DNA from: Acidobacteriota bacterium
GTDB taxonomy: Bacteria > Acidobacteriota > Polarisedimenticolia > J045
NCBI GenBank assembly: GCA_003696075.1
Contig: RFHH01000137.1
Location: 1,161-65,160 of the forward strand
Direction of reading: 5' to 3'
Length of the DNA: 64,000 nt
Below, piece after piece: positions 19,351-28,471 of the stretch. The notes beneath the pieces are model-generated. The model was given only the letters and a program-made list of their open reading frames with translations, searched no databases and was not told where the DNA came from. Position numbers and translations under genes: made by a program. Within the stretch, counting starts at the first letter, position 1; every line of letters starts with the position of its first letter.

Positions 19351-19911
19351 ATGCTGTTGGATATCAGCGACTTGGACCGTGGGCCGGTCTGGCTGGACCG
19401 GCGTGTGGAAGTTGCCGCCTTCCGCTGGGAGGGCGGACAAGAGGTGGTCTGCGGTCCGGTCCGGCTCAGTGGCCGGCTGGCCCGCGCCTCCCGGGGCATC
19501 GACCTCGACGCGCACATCAGCACGGTGGTGACTCTCGTGTGCGTGCGCTGCCTCGAGAGCTTCGAGCGCCCGGTGGAAGAGGACTTCCACCTGCTGTTGA
19601 TCCCCAACGCGGAGGACACCTTCGACCCGTACCGGATCCTCCCCGAGGACGATCCCCAGGCGGCCGACGTCTACCCCCTCGAAGGCGAGGAACTCGATCT
19701 GACGGCGGTGGCCAGGGAACAGGTCGATCTGGCGCTTCCGTTCCGCGCCCTGTGCGACGAGAGCTGCCGCGGGCTGTGCTCCGGCTGCGGCGCGAATCTC
19801 AACCGGGAAGCCTGCCGATGCGCTCCGGAACGGCGGGGCGGGGGCGAGGTCACCCGGCTGGCGGAACTGATCGAATCCCTGAGGAGCGGACGCCGCTCCG
19901 GAGGAGACTGA
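19351..19911 (+). CDS. yceD: YceD/DUF177 family protein (large ribosomal subunit accumulation protein)
   Basis: C-terminal Cys cluster CxxC...CxxC, and it lies immediately upstream of rpmF as in most bacteria. Confidence 0.8.
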   Translation: MLLDISDLDRGPVWLDRRVEVAAFRWEGGQEVVCGPVRLSGRLARASRGIDLDAHISTVVTLVCVRCLESFERPVEEDFHLLLIPNAEDTFDPYRILPEDDPQAADVYPLEGEELDLTAVAREQVDLALPFRALCDESCRGLCSGCGANLNREACRCAPERRGGGEVTRLAELIESLRSGRRSGGD

Positions 19912-19914
19912 CCG

Positions 19915-20100
19915 ATGGCGAATCCCAAGCGTCGCAGTTCGAAGGCACGGCGCGACAAGCGGCGCGCTCACGACGCCCTTCCCATCCCGTCGCTGGCGCG
20001 CTGCGACCGGTGCGGCGAACCGAAGCTCCCGCACCGCGTCTGCCCCGCCTGCGGCCACTACAAGGGCCGCGAGATCCTGAGCACCGGCCAGAGCGTCTGA
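19915..20100 (+). CDS. rpmF: 50S ribosomal protein L32
   Basis: MANPKRRSSKARRDKRRAHDAL plus the zinc-ribbon CxxC...CxxC. Confidence 0.95.
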   Translation: MANPKRRSSKARRDKRRAHDALPIPSLARCDRCGEPKLPHRVCPACGHYKGREILSTGQSV

Positions 20101-20128
20101 ACCGATCCCGGTGACACCCTCGGCACGC

Positions 20129-21160
20129 ATGTCCCTACCGCTGGCGGTCGACGGGATGGGCGGCGATCACGCTCCGCACGAGATCGTGCGCGGGGCGCTC
20201 GAATACGCGCGCGACACCGGGAACCGCGTGCTGGTGGTCGGCCGGCCGGACGAGCTCGAGGCCGCCCTCGCCCGCTGCGGCGGCCGCCCGAGCGACCGCC
20301 TGGAGATCGTCCCCGCCTCGCAGGTGATCGAGATGGGGGAGAAGATCACCAGCATCCGCACCAAGCGGGACTCCTCCATCCATGTGGGGGCGCGGCTGCT
20401 CCGGGATGGCCGCGCGGCGGGATTCGTCTCCGCGGGGCACACCGGAGCGATGATGGCGGTGTGCAAGGTGATCTGCGGACTGCTGGAGGGCGTCGACCGC
20501 CCGGCACTGCCGGCTCCCCTTCCGCAGCGAGGCGGAGGTTACGCGATCCTTCTCGACGCGGGAGCGAACCTCGACTGCCGGCCGGAACACTTCCGCCAGT
20601 TCGCGGTCATGGGGCACCACTACGCCCGGCGGGTCTTCGGCATCGAACGGCCGCGGGTCGCCCTGTTGAGCGTCGGAGAGGAAGACACGAAGGGAACCGA
20701 GGTCCTCCGAAAGGTCCAGCACATCCTCAAGGCGACCAAGATCAACTTCATCGGGAACGTGGAGGGCAACTCCATCTTCTCCCGGCGCACCGACGTCGTA
20801 CTGTGCGACGGCTTCGTGGGAAACGTGGTCCTGAAGGTCTCCGAGGGGATCGCGGAGTCGATCGTGAACGAGCTGCGCGACGAGATCGCCCGGGGGCCGC
20901 TGCGCCGGCTGGGCGCGCTGGCGCTCAAGCCGGTGTTCCGCGTGCTCATGCGGAAGCTGGACTACGCCGAGTACGGGGGCGTGCCGCTCCTCGGCCTCAA
21001 CGGCGTCGCGGTGGTCGCCCACGGCCGGTCGCGGGCCAAAGCGATTCGCAACGCTCTGAAGGTCGCCGAGACGGCGGCCCGGCTCGAGATGGTGCAGAAA
21101 ATCGCCGCGGACATCGAAGCCTTGCACGAGGCGGAGCAGCGACTCGGAGCGACGGCATGA
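20129..21160 (+). CDS. plsX: Phosphate acyltransferase PlsX
   Basis: LAVDGMGGDHAP N-terminus and the plsX fold. Could start at the GTG at 20111. Confidence 0.9.
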   Translation: MSLPLAVDGMGGDHAPHEIVRGALEYARDTGNRVLVVGRPDELEAALARCGGRPSDRLEIVPASQVIEMGEKITSIRTKRDSSIHVGARLLRDGRAAGFVSAGHTGAMMAVCKVICGLLEGVDRPALPAPLPQRGGGYAILLDAGANLDCRPEHFRQFAVMGHHYARRVFGIERPRVALLSVGEEDTKGTEVLRKVQHILKATKINFIGNVEGNSIFSRRTDVVLCDGFVGNVVLKVSEGIAESIVNELRDEIARGPLRRLGALALKPVFRVLMRKLDYAEYGGVPLLGLNGVAVVAHGRSRAKAIRNALKVAETAARLEMVQKIAADIEALHEAEQRLGATA

Positions 21161-22128
21161 GCGGCGCGGAAGCGCTTCCAGCGTGGGCGGCGCTCTTTCC
21201 CGGCCAGGGAAGCCAGCGTGTCGGAATGGGCCGGGACCTCGTGGATGCATGGCCGGAAGCGGAAGCCGTGTTCGCCGCCGCCGACGACGCGCTGGGGGAG
21301 CCTCTCTCCCGGCTTTGCTTCGAGGGGCCCGAGGAGCGGCTGCGGCTGACCCGAAACACCCAGCCGGCCCTGCTGACCGTCGGGGTGGCCTGCTGGCGGG
21401 TGCTCGAAGGGCGCGTCCCGCTACCCGCCGCCGCGGCGGGCCACAGCCTCGGGGAGTACACGGCGCTCGTGGCCGCCGGCGTGCTCGCCTTCGAAGACGC
21501 CGTGCGAGCCGTCCGGCTGCGTGGCGAGGCGATGCAGGAGGCGGTGCCGGTCGGGGAAGGCGCGATGGCGGCCGTGATCGGTCTCGAGCCGGATGCGGTC
21601 GCGGCCCTCTGCGCCGAAACGGCGCGGGAGGGGGAGGTCCTCGTGCCGGCCAACATCAACGCGCCGGACCAGATCGTCGTCGCCGGCCACGCCGCGGCCG
21701 TGGAGCGCCTCGGACCGGCGGCGCGCGGGCGCGGAGCGAAGCGGGTCGTCCCGCTCGCGGTCAGCGCCCCCTTCCACTGCCCCCTGATGGCCCCGGCGGC
21801 CGAACGCTTGGCGCGCTTTTTCGACGGGATCGAGTTCCGGGAACCGCGGTTCCCGGTGGTGGCGAACGTGGACGCCCGCCCGGTGACGACCGGCGCGCAG
21901 GCGCGCGACCGTCTCGTGCGCCAGGTCGTCGCGCCGGTGCGGTGGGTCGACGTCCTCCGGACCCTCGGTTCGGAGCTCCGGGTGACCGAGGCACTGGAAC
22001 TCGGCCCGGGCCGCGTCCTGGCGGGGCTGGCGCGGCGCGCGGGGGCGCCCTTCGCGGTCCGCCCGGCCGGTTCCGCCGAGAGCATGCGGGAGGCGGTCGA
22101 AGCCCTGGCGGGAAGGGAGGAGGGTTGA
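21157..22128 (+). CDS. fabD: Malonyl CoA-ACP transacylase
   Basis: FPGQGSQ and the GHSLGEY active-site serine motif. The ATG overlaps the plsX stop. Confidence 0.92.
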   Translation: MSGAEALPAWAALFPGQGSQRVGMGRDLVDAWPEAEAVFAAADDALGEPLSRLCFEGPEERLRLTRNTQPALLTVGVACWRVLEGRVPLPAAAAGHSLGEYTALVAAGVLAFEDAVRAVRLRGEAMQEAVPVGEGAMAAVIGLEPDAVAALCAETAREGEVLVPANINAPDQIVVAGHAAAVERLGPAARGRGAKRVVPLAVSAPFHCPLMAPAAERLARFFDGIEFREPRFPVVANVDARPVTTGAQARDRLVRQVVAPVRWVDVLRTLGSELRVTEALELGPGRVLAGLARRAGAPFAVRPAGSAESMREAVEALAGREEG

Positions 22129-22129
22129 C

Positions 22130-22915
<786 letters not shown>

Positions 22916-22947
22916 GCGGGAGGACATCCCGCGGGGAGAGCGAATCG

Positions 22948-23196
22948 ATGGTCAGTACCGAAGAGATTCGTGCCAAGGTCGTCGACACGATCGCGAAGAA
23001 CTTCAAGCTCGAGCCGAGCGCCGTCACCGACGAAAAGTCGTTCACCGACGACCTCGGGGCCGATTCCCTGGAAACGGTCGAACTCGTCATGGCGCTCGAA
23101 GAGGAATTCGGAATCGAGATCTCCGACGAGGACGCGGAGAAGATCCGGACCGTCGGCGATGCGGTGAAGTTCATCGCGGAACACGTGAAGAGCTGA
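22948..23196 (+). CDS. acpP: Acyl carrier protein
   Basis: 82 aa with the [19 protein letters not shown] phosphopantetheine-attachment motif. Confidence 0.95.
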   Translation: MVSTEEIRAKVVDTIAKNFKLEPSAVTDEKSFTDDLGADSLETVELVMALEEEFGIEISDEDAEKIRTVGDAVKFIAEHVKS

Positions 23197-23217
23197 CGGC
23201 GGACGCGGGGCGACGGC

Positions 23218-24501
23218 GTGAGCGCGCCCGAGCGCAGAGTGCTCGTCACGGGAGTCGCCGCGGTCAGCCCGCTGGGACTCGACGCCGAGGAGACCTGGCA
23301 GGGCCTCGTCGAGGGCCGGTCGGGGATCGGGCCGATCACGCGGTTCGACGCCTCCGACTTCCCCTGCCGGATCGCCGGTGAGGTGCGGGGGTTCGACCCG
23401 GAGCGGTTCCTCGATCGGCGGGACGTCAAGAAGACCGACCGGTTCACGCAGTTCGCCGTCGCCTGCGCCCGCATGCTTTTCGAGAACGCCCGCCTGGAGG
23501 AGGGGTCTTTCGATCCCGAACGGGCGGGCGTCGTCATCGGGTCCGGGATCGGCGGCTTGGAGCTTCTCGAGCGGCAACACCGGATCCTGCTGGAACGAGG
23601 GCCCCGCCGGCTCTCGCCTTTTCTCATACCCGGCATGATCATCAACCTCGCCGCCGGGATGGTGTCGATCCTCTTCGGGCTCAAGGGACCGAACTCGGCC
23701 ACCGTCACCGCCTGCGCATCCGGCAACCACGCGATCGGGGACGCTTTCCGCTACATCCGCCACGGCGACGCCGACCTGATGATCGCCGGGGGAACGGAGG
23801 CGGTCATCTCCCCGCTGGCCGTAGGCGGGTTCTGCGCGATGCGCGCCCTGTCCACCCGCAACGAAGAGCCGTCCCGCGCCTCGCGGCCGTTCGACGCCGG
23901 GCGCGATGGATTCGTGATGGGGGAGGGATGCGGCCTGCTCCTCCTCGAATCGGAGGAGCACGCCCGCCGGCGGGGCGCCGAGCCGCTCGCCGAACTCGCC
24001 GGGTTCGGGATGAGTGGAGACGCCTACCACATCTCGGCGCCGCCACCCGACGGGATGGGAATGGTGCGGGTGATGGAGGCGGCCCTCCGTGACGCGGGGA
24101 TCCGGCCGGAGGAGATCGACTACATCAATGCGCACGGAACCTCGACCCCCGTCGGGGACGCGATCGAGGCGCGGGCCGTGCGCCGGGTGTTCGGCTCGCA
24201 CGCCGACAGGCTTCTCGTCTCGTCGACGAAATCGATGACGGGACACCTCCTCGGGGCCGCGGGGGGGCTGGAGGCGGTGATCACGGTGCTGGCGGTCGCC
24301 CGGGACACCGCCCCCCCGACCGCGAACCTCGAGGAGCTCGATCCGGAGATCGCCCGCCCGCTCGCCGAGGGCGGCGAGATCGGCCTGGCTGCCGACCGGT
24401 TCGTCCCGGGTCGCGGGCGGAAAGCGGAGATCCGGGCTGCGCTGTCGAACTCGTTCGGCTTCGGCGGAACGAACGCGACGCTCGTCTTCCGGAAGGCCTG
24501 A
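23218..24501 (+). CDS. fabF: 3-oxoacyl-ACP synthase II
   Basis: KAS II, about 427 aa, with catalytic Cys in ACASG, His in NAHGTST and the C-terminal GFGGTNATL. Confidence 0.92.
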   Translation: MSAPERRVLVTGVAAVSPLGLDAEETWQGLVEGRSGIGPITRFDASDFPCRIAGEVRGFDPERFLDRRDVKKTDRFTQFAVACARMLFENARLEEGSFDPERAGVVIGSGIGGLELLERQHRILLERGPRRLSPFLIPGMIINLAAGMVSILFGLKGPNSATVTACASGNHAIGDAFRYIRHGDADLMIAGGTEAVISPLAVGGFCAMRALSTRNEEPSRASRPFDAGRDGFVMGEGCGLLLLESEEHARRRGAEPLAELAGFGMSGDAYHISAPPPDGMGMVRVMEAALRDAGIRPEEIDYINAHGTSTPVGDAIEARAVRRVFGSHADRLLVSSTKSMTGHLLGAAGGLEAVITVLAVARDTAPPTANLEELDPEIARPLAEGGEIGLAADRFVPGRGRKAEIRAALSNSFGFGGTNATLVFRKA

Positions 24502-24721
24502 CGCTCCGGAAACCGCGGCCCGCCGGGAGCCGCGGCGCGGACGCCGGACGAACCGCCACACATCACCGATCGAGGCCATCCCGCCCCGTCTCGGGTCGGC
24601 CCGGCCGGCGGGGCTCTCCCGGTCGACGCGCCGGTGCCAACGTGACGCTGCCGGAATGTCCGGCGCGCGCGGGGAGACGGGCGCGCGGGCCGCCACCCGC
24701 TCCCCGCACGGCCGAACCTCG

Positions 24722-25801
24722 TCACACCTCGTCGAAGAAGTACTTCGCCAGGCACTGCACCCGCCGGTCGTAGGTCTCCGGATCCAGCAACCAGCAGGCC
24801 GCCGCCACGGAGGACAGGAGGCTGTTCCCGTCCTGCGGCGTGAAGGAGAAGCCGACCACCTCGTAGCCGTCCTCGTTCTGCTTCACGGTCAGCGACTTCC
24901 GCACCACGACCGCCTGGTTGAGGATCCTGCCGTAGTGACCGTGGTCCCGCCCGAACGAAAAGACGAGGTTGGCCGTCTTCTTGTGGGTCAGCGCGATGCG
25001 GTCGTTCGCCTCCATGCGGGCGATCACGTCGTCGACCGACGTCTTGTTGCGAACCGTGATGGAGAACCAAAGGGCGTGCATGTACTGCGAGTTGATCTTC
25101 AGCGCCGAGCTGAACAGGTCGAGGTCGTAGCCGAGGGTGTTGAACAGATGCCACGCGTCGCGGGCATGGTGCGTGCCGAACCGTTCGTCCTTGTGGGACC
25201 CCACCTCGGGAGCGGGGATGAACGAGCCCTCCTGGCTGATGTCGTTCGCCCGCCGGATGCAGACGAACTTGCCGCGGACGAAGTTGTCCGGACCGCCGTC
25301 AGCGAGCGCCACCGCGTGACACAGCACCGCGATGTTGTGCGTGTTGCAGGACACGATCTGGATGAACCGGTCTTCCCCCGGCACCAGGGCCGTGTCGTTC
25401 AGGCCCCTCGCATACGGCTTGCCGAAGCCGAACTCGCTTCCCTGGGCGAGGAACCCGAGAGTGTTGTGCTTGAAGCGCTCGTAGTACTCGACCTTGTTCT
25501 TTCTGCCGACGCCGGAGGGCGTGCAGTCGATGACCACGGAGGCCCTGTCGAGCGCTTCATGGGTCTCGAGCTCCGGCTCCAGGCCGATCTCCCGGAAGCC
25601 GTCGAACGACTTCGAATCGGTGACGAACCGTGCGCCGCGGGCGATCAGGGCGCGGACCTTGGAGCGATCGGTCAGCGAGGGCGTCCTCTTGTGGAACGTC
25701 ACCTCGTCGATCCCGAGCGGTTCCTTGAAGTCGCACAACAGTCCGATGAGCGGCTCCCCGATCGTGCCGGTTCCGACGACATGAACCACCTTCTTGTCCA
25801 T
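24722..25801 (-). CDS. Type II (archaeal-type) glyceraldehyde-3-phosphate dehydrogenase-like protein
   Basis: VVGTGTIG Rossmann motif, VVIDCTPSGVGRKN, and the active-site motif IVSCNTHNIAVL (SCNT Cys as in archaeal GAPDH). Lower GC than its neighbours. Confidence 0.7.
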   Translation of the reverse strand: MDKKVVHVVGTGTIGEPLIGLLCDFKEPLGIDEVTFHKRTPSLTDRSKVRALIARGARFVTDSKSFDGFREIGLEPELETHEALDRASVVIDCTPSGVGRKNKVEYYERFKHNTLGFLAQGSEFGFGKPYARGLNDTALVPGEDRFIQIVSCNTHNIAVLCHAVALADGGPDNFVRGKFVCIRRANDISQEGSFIPAPEVGSHKDERFGTHHARDAWHLFNTLGYDLDLFSSALKINSQYMHALWFSITVRNKTSVDDVIARMEANDRIALTHKKTANLVFSFGRDHGHYGRILNQAVVVRKSLTVKQNEDGYEVVGFSFTPQDGNSLLSSVAAACWLLDPETYDRRVQCLAKYFFDEV

Positions 25802-25877
25802 CAGTGGGTTCCCCCAACACGGCGCCGCCCGCAGCGGCGCCCGTCCGAGACCCAGGGCGGTAGCGGCTGCGCGAAAC

Positions 25878-25907
25878 TTGACAAATTGTAAGGTTTAAGT
25901 TTACTAT
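25878..25907 (+). promoter_or_regulatory. Predicted sigma-70 promoter (TTGACA-18-TACTAT) in an AT-rich divergent intergenic island, oriented toward hprK
   Basis: Perfect TTGACA with a TAnnnT -10 inside a roughly 60-bp stretch of ~30% GC between two divergent genes. Confidence 0.5.
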
Positions 25908-25960
25908 AACCGCTCCAATTCGGCTATTAAACTCGCGCCAAAAGATCCCAGAGGCCAACG

Positions 25961-26911
25961 TTGCGGTCGCCGGAGCCGACACGAGAGGACGTGCGCGCGG
26001 GCGTGCTCCCGCTGGAGTTGCGCGCGCACTTGCGGAACCTCGCGGTTCGTGACGAAGTGGTGCGAGGGCGCGCGATCCGGCACGCCCGCCCGCTGCGCCC
26101 GGCGGACGGCCTCCGGGCGGAGGCGCCCCTGGCTTCCGACCGGGTGTTCGTGTGCGGGCGCGAGGAGATCGACCTCCTCGGCGACCGGGCCGCGGGACCG
26201 GAGCGGGTCCGACGCCTCTGCGCCGCCCGGCCGCCGCTGATCGTGCTGGCCGACGCGGTGGCCGTGCCCCCGGGTCTCGACCGGGCCGCCTCCGAGGCGG
26301 GGATCGTCCTCGTCACCACGGACACGCCCGCTTCGCGCGCCCTCCTCGTGCTGGAGCGGTTCCTGGTCCGGGCCCTCGCCCCCCGGGTCCGGATTCACGG
26401 CGTCCTGATGGATCTGCACGGCCTCGGCGTCGTGCTTCTGGGCGAATCGGGCATCGGCAAGAGCGAATGCGCTCTCGAGCTGATCTCGCGCGGCCACCGG
26501 CTCGTCGCGGACGACGCCGTCGACATCCGCCTCATCGAAGGGGAACTCGTGGGGGAGGCCCCCGAACTGAGCCGCTACCACATCGAGGTCCGGGGGCTCG
26601 GGATCGTGAATGCGCGCGAGCTGTTCGGGGCCGCCGCGGTGCGCGACAGCAAGCGCGTCGATCTCGCGGTCGAACTCGTGCCGCTGGCGGCGGCGCCCGA
26701 GGGTGGCCGGTTGAGCCGGGGGACGCGGCGCTGGGAGGTTCTCGGGGTGGAGATCCCCCTGGCCCGGCTACCGGTGGCGCCGGGCCGCAACGTGGCGGTG
26801 CTTCTCGAAGTCGCCGCACGCCAGGAGCTGCTCCGCCAGCGAGGGCGTGACACGGGTTCGCGGCTGGCGGATGAGCTCGAGGCGCGGCTGCGGCGGGACG
26901 GCGACCGATGA
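25961..26911 (+). CDS. hprK: HPr kinase/phosphorylase
   Basis: Walker A LLGESGIGKSECALEL, plus HRLVADD and the capping motif region. Start is the TTG at 25961 or the GTG at 25991. Confidence 0.9.
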   Translation: MRSPEPTREDVRAGVLPLELRAHLRNLAVRDEVVRGRAIRHARPLRPADGLRAEAPLASDRVFVCGREEIDLLGDRAAGPERVRRLCAARPPLIVLADAVAVPPGLDRAASEAGIVLVTTDTPASRALLVLERFLVRALAPRVRIHGVLMDLHGLGVVLLGESGIGKSECALELISRGHRLVADDAVDIRLIEGELVGEAPELSRYHIEVRGLGIVNARELFGAAAVRDSKRVDLAVELVPLAAAPEGGRLSRGTRRWEVLGVEIPLARLPVAPGRNVAVLLEVAARQELLRQRGRDTGSRLADELEARLRRDGDR

Positions 26912-27789
26912 AGCGGCTGGTTCTGGTCAGCGGTCTGTCGGGCTCCGGCAAGACGCTCGCCATGAAGAGCCTCGAGGACCTGGGCTACTTCACCGTCGAC
27001 AATCTGCCCGTCGCCTTGATCCCCCCCTTCATCGAACTGCTCGAGCGGGGAGGCGACGAAGAGCCGCGGGCCGCGTTCGTCGCCGACGCGCGCGAGCGCG
27101 AACACCTGGTTTCCCTGCCCGCGCTGGTCCAGGAGCTGCGGGATCGTCCCGACGTGTCGCTGACCGTGATCTTCCTCGAGGCGGCGGAAGACGTGCTGGT
27201 GCGCCGTTTCTCCGAATCGCGCCGCCCGCACCCGCTCGCCCAGAACGAGCCGGCCCGCGTCGCCGAGGCGATCCGGCGGGAGGTCGAGCTGCTGGCTCCG
27301 GTGCGGGCCCTCGCCGATCGGATCATCGTGACGGACGACCTCTCGCCCCACGACCTGCGGCGCCTCATCCGGACGGAGATGGCCGGCCCGGCCGCTTCCT
27401 CGGCCCTCCGGTGCCATGTCGTGTCTTTCGGTTTCAAGCACGGCCTGCCACGGGACGCCGACATGGTCTTCGACGTCCGATTCGTACCGAACCCCTACTT
27501 CCGGCCGGCCCTGAAACCGCTCACCGGGTCGGACCGGCCGGTGGTCGAATTCCTCGAGAGTCAACCCGTGTACCGCGGCTTCCTCGAGCGGGTGGAGGCG
27601 CTGCTGGCGTTCGTGATGCCGAGATTCGTCGAGGAGGGCAAGAGCGTGGTCACGATCGCCGTGGGCTGCACCGGGGGCCAGCACCGGTCGGTTGCGGCCG
27701 CCGAGCGGATCGCCGCCTTCCTCCGCCGGGAAGGATACGACTGCGCGGTGACCCACCGGGACGTGGAGCGGGAGAGGAGAACCTCGTGA
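26908..27789 (+). CDS. rapZ: RNase adapter protein RapZ (YvcJ/YhbJ family P-loop NTPase)
   Basis: VSGLSGSGKT Walker A and the C-terminal region HVVSFGFKHGLP...GCTGGQHRSV. The ATG overlaps the hprK stop. Confidence 0.9.
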   Translation: MKRLVLVSGLSGSGKTLAMKSLEDLGYFTVDNLPVALIPPFIELLERGGDEEPRAAFVADAREREHLVSLPALVQELRDRPDVSLTVIFLEAAEDVLVRRFSESRRPHPLAQNEPARVAEAIRREVELLAPVRALADRIIVTDDLSPHDLRRLIRTEMAGPAASSALRCHVVSFGFKHGLPRDADMVFDVRFVPNPYFRPALKPLTGSDRPVVEFLESQPVYRGFLERVEALLAFVMPRFVEEGKSVVTIAVGCTGGQHRSVAAAERIAAFLRREGYDCAVTHRDVERERRTS

Positions 27790-28199
27790 TCGGATTGCTG
27801 GCGGTGACGCACGGAGGTCTGGCCGACGAGCTCGTGGCTGCCGCACGCCGGATCGTCCGGGACCCGGCGCCGATGATGTCGGTGAGCCTCGCCTGGGACG
27901 ACGACGTGAAGGAGGCCAGCCGGCGGATCGAGCGGGCGATCGGCGAGCTCGATGAGGGCCAAGGTGTGATCGTGGTGACGGACATGCTCGGAGGAACTCC
28001 CGCCAACGTCGCCATGGCCTTCCTCGAACCGGGCCGGGTGGAGGTCGTCACCGGGGTGAACCTCCCGATGCTGATCAAGTTCAACAACCTTCCTCCCGGT
28101 GTCGGTCTCGCCGAAGCGGCACGGTTGATCGCGGAAAAGGGCCGCTCTCACATCACCGTCGCGGGGGAGATCCTCGCCGCGGAGGAAGACGGCCGGTGA
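27786..28199 (+). CDS. PTS EIIA component, mannose/fructose-family type (regulatory PTS)
   Basis: IGLLAVTHGGLA N-terminus (phospho-His in THG), DMLGGTP and GVNLPML, all EIIA-Man fold motifs. GTG start overlaps the rapZ stop. Confidence 0.8.
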   Translation: MIGLLAVTHGGLADELVAAARRIVRDPAPMMSVSLAWDDDVKEASRRIERAIGELDEGQGVIVVTDMLGGTPANVAMAFLEPGRVEVVTGVNLPMLIKFNNLPPGVGLAEAARLIAEKGRSHITVAGEILAAEEDGR

Positions 28200-28471
28200 G
28201 AGCGGAGCGCGACGTCGAGATCGTCAACCGGCTGGGCCTCCACGCCCGGGCCGCGGCTCGATTCGTCGACGAAGCGAGCCGGTTCGAATCGCGCATCGAG
28301 CTGCGGCGGGAGGGGGAGGCGGCGGACGGCAAGTCGATTCTCGGGCTGCTGACCCTCGCCGCAGCCCGGGGATCCCGCCTGCGGCTCGTCGCGGAGGGGC
28401 CGGACGCCGAGGCGGCGGTGGCCGTGCTGGCGGAGCTGATCGCCTCCGGCTTCGGGGAAGCCGCTCCGTGA
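28196..28471 (+). CDS. ptsH: Phosphocarrier protein HPr
   Basis: About 91 aa with the NRLGLHARAAA His15 region and GKSILGLLTL containing the Ser46 site for HprK. Confidence 0.9.
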   Translation: MRAERDVEIVNRLGLHARAAARFVDEASRFESRIELRREGEAADGKSILGLLTLAAARGSRLRLVAEGPDAEAAVAVLAELIASGFGEAAP

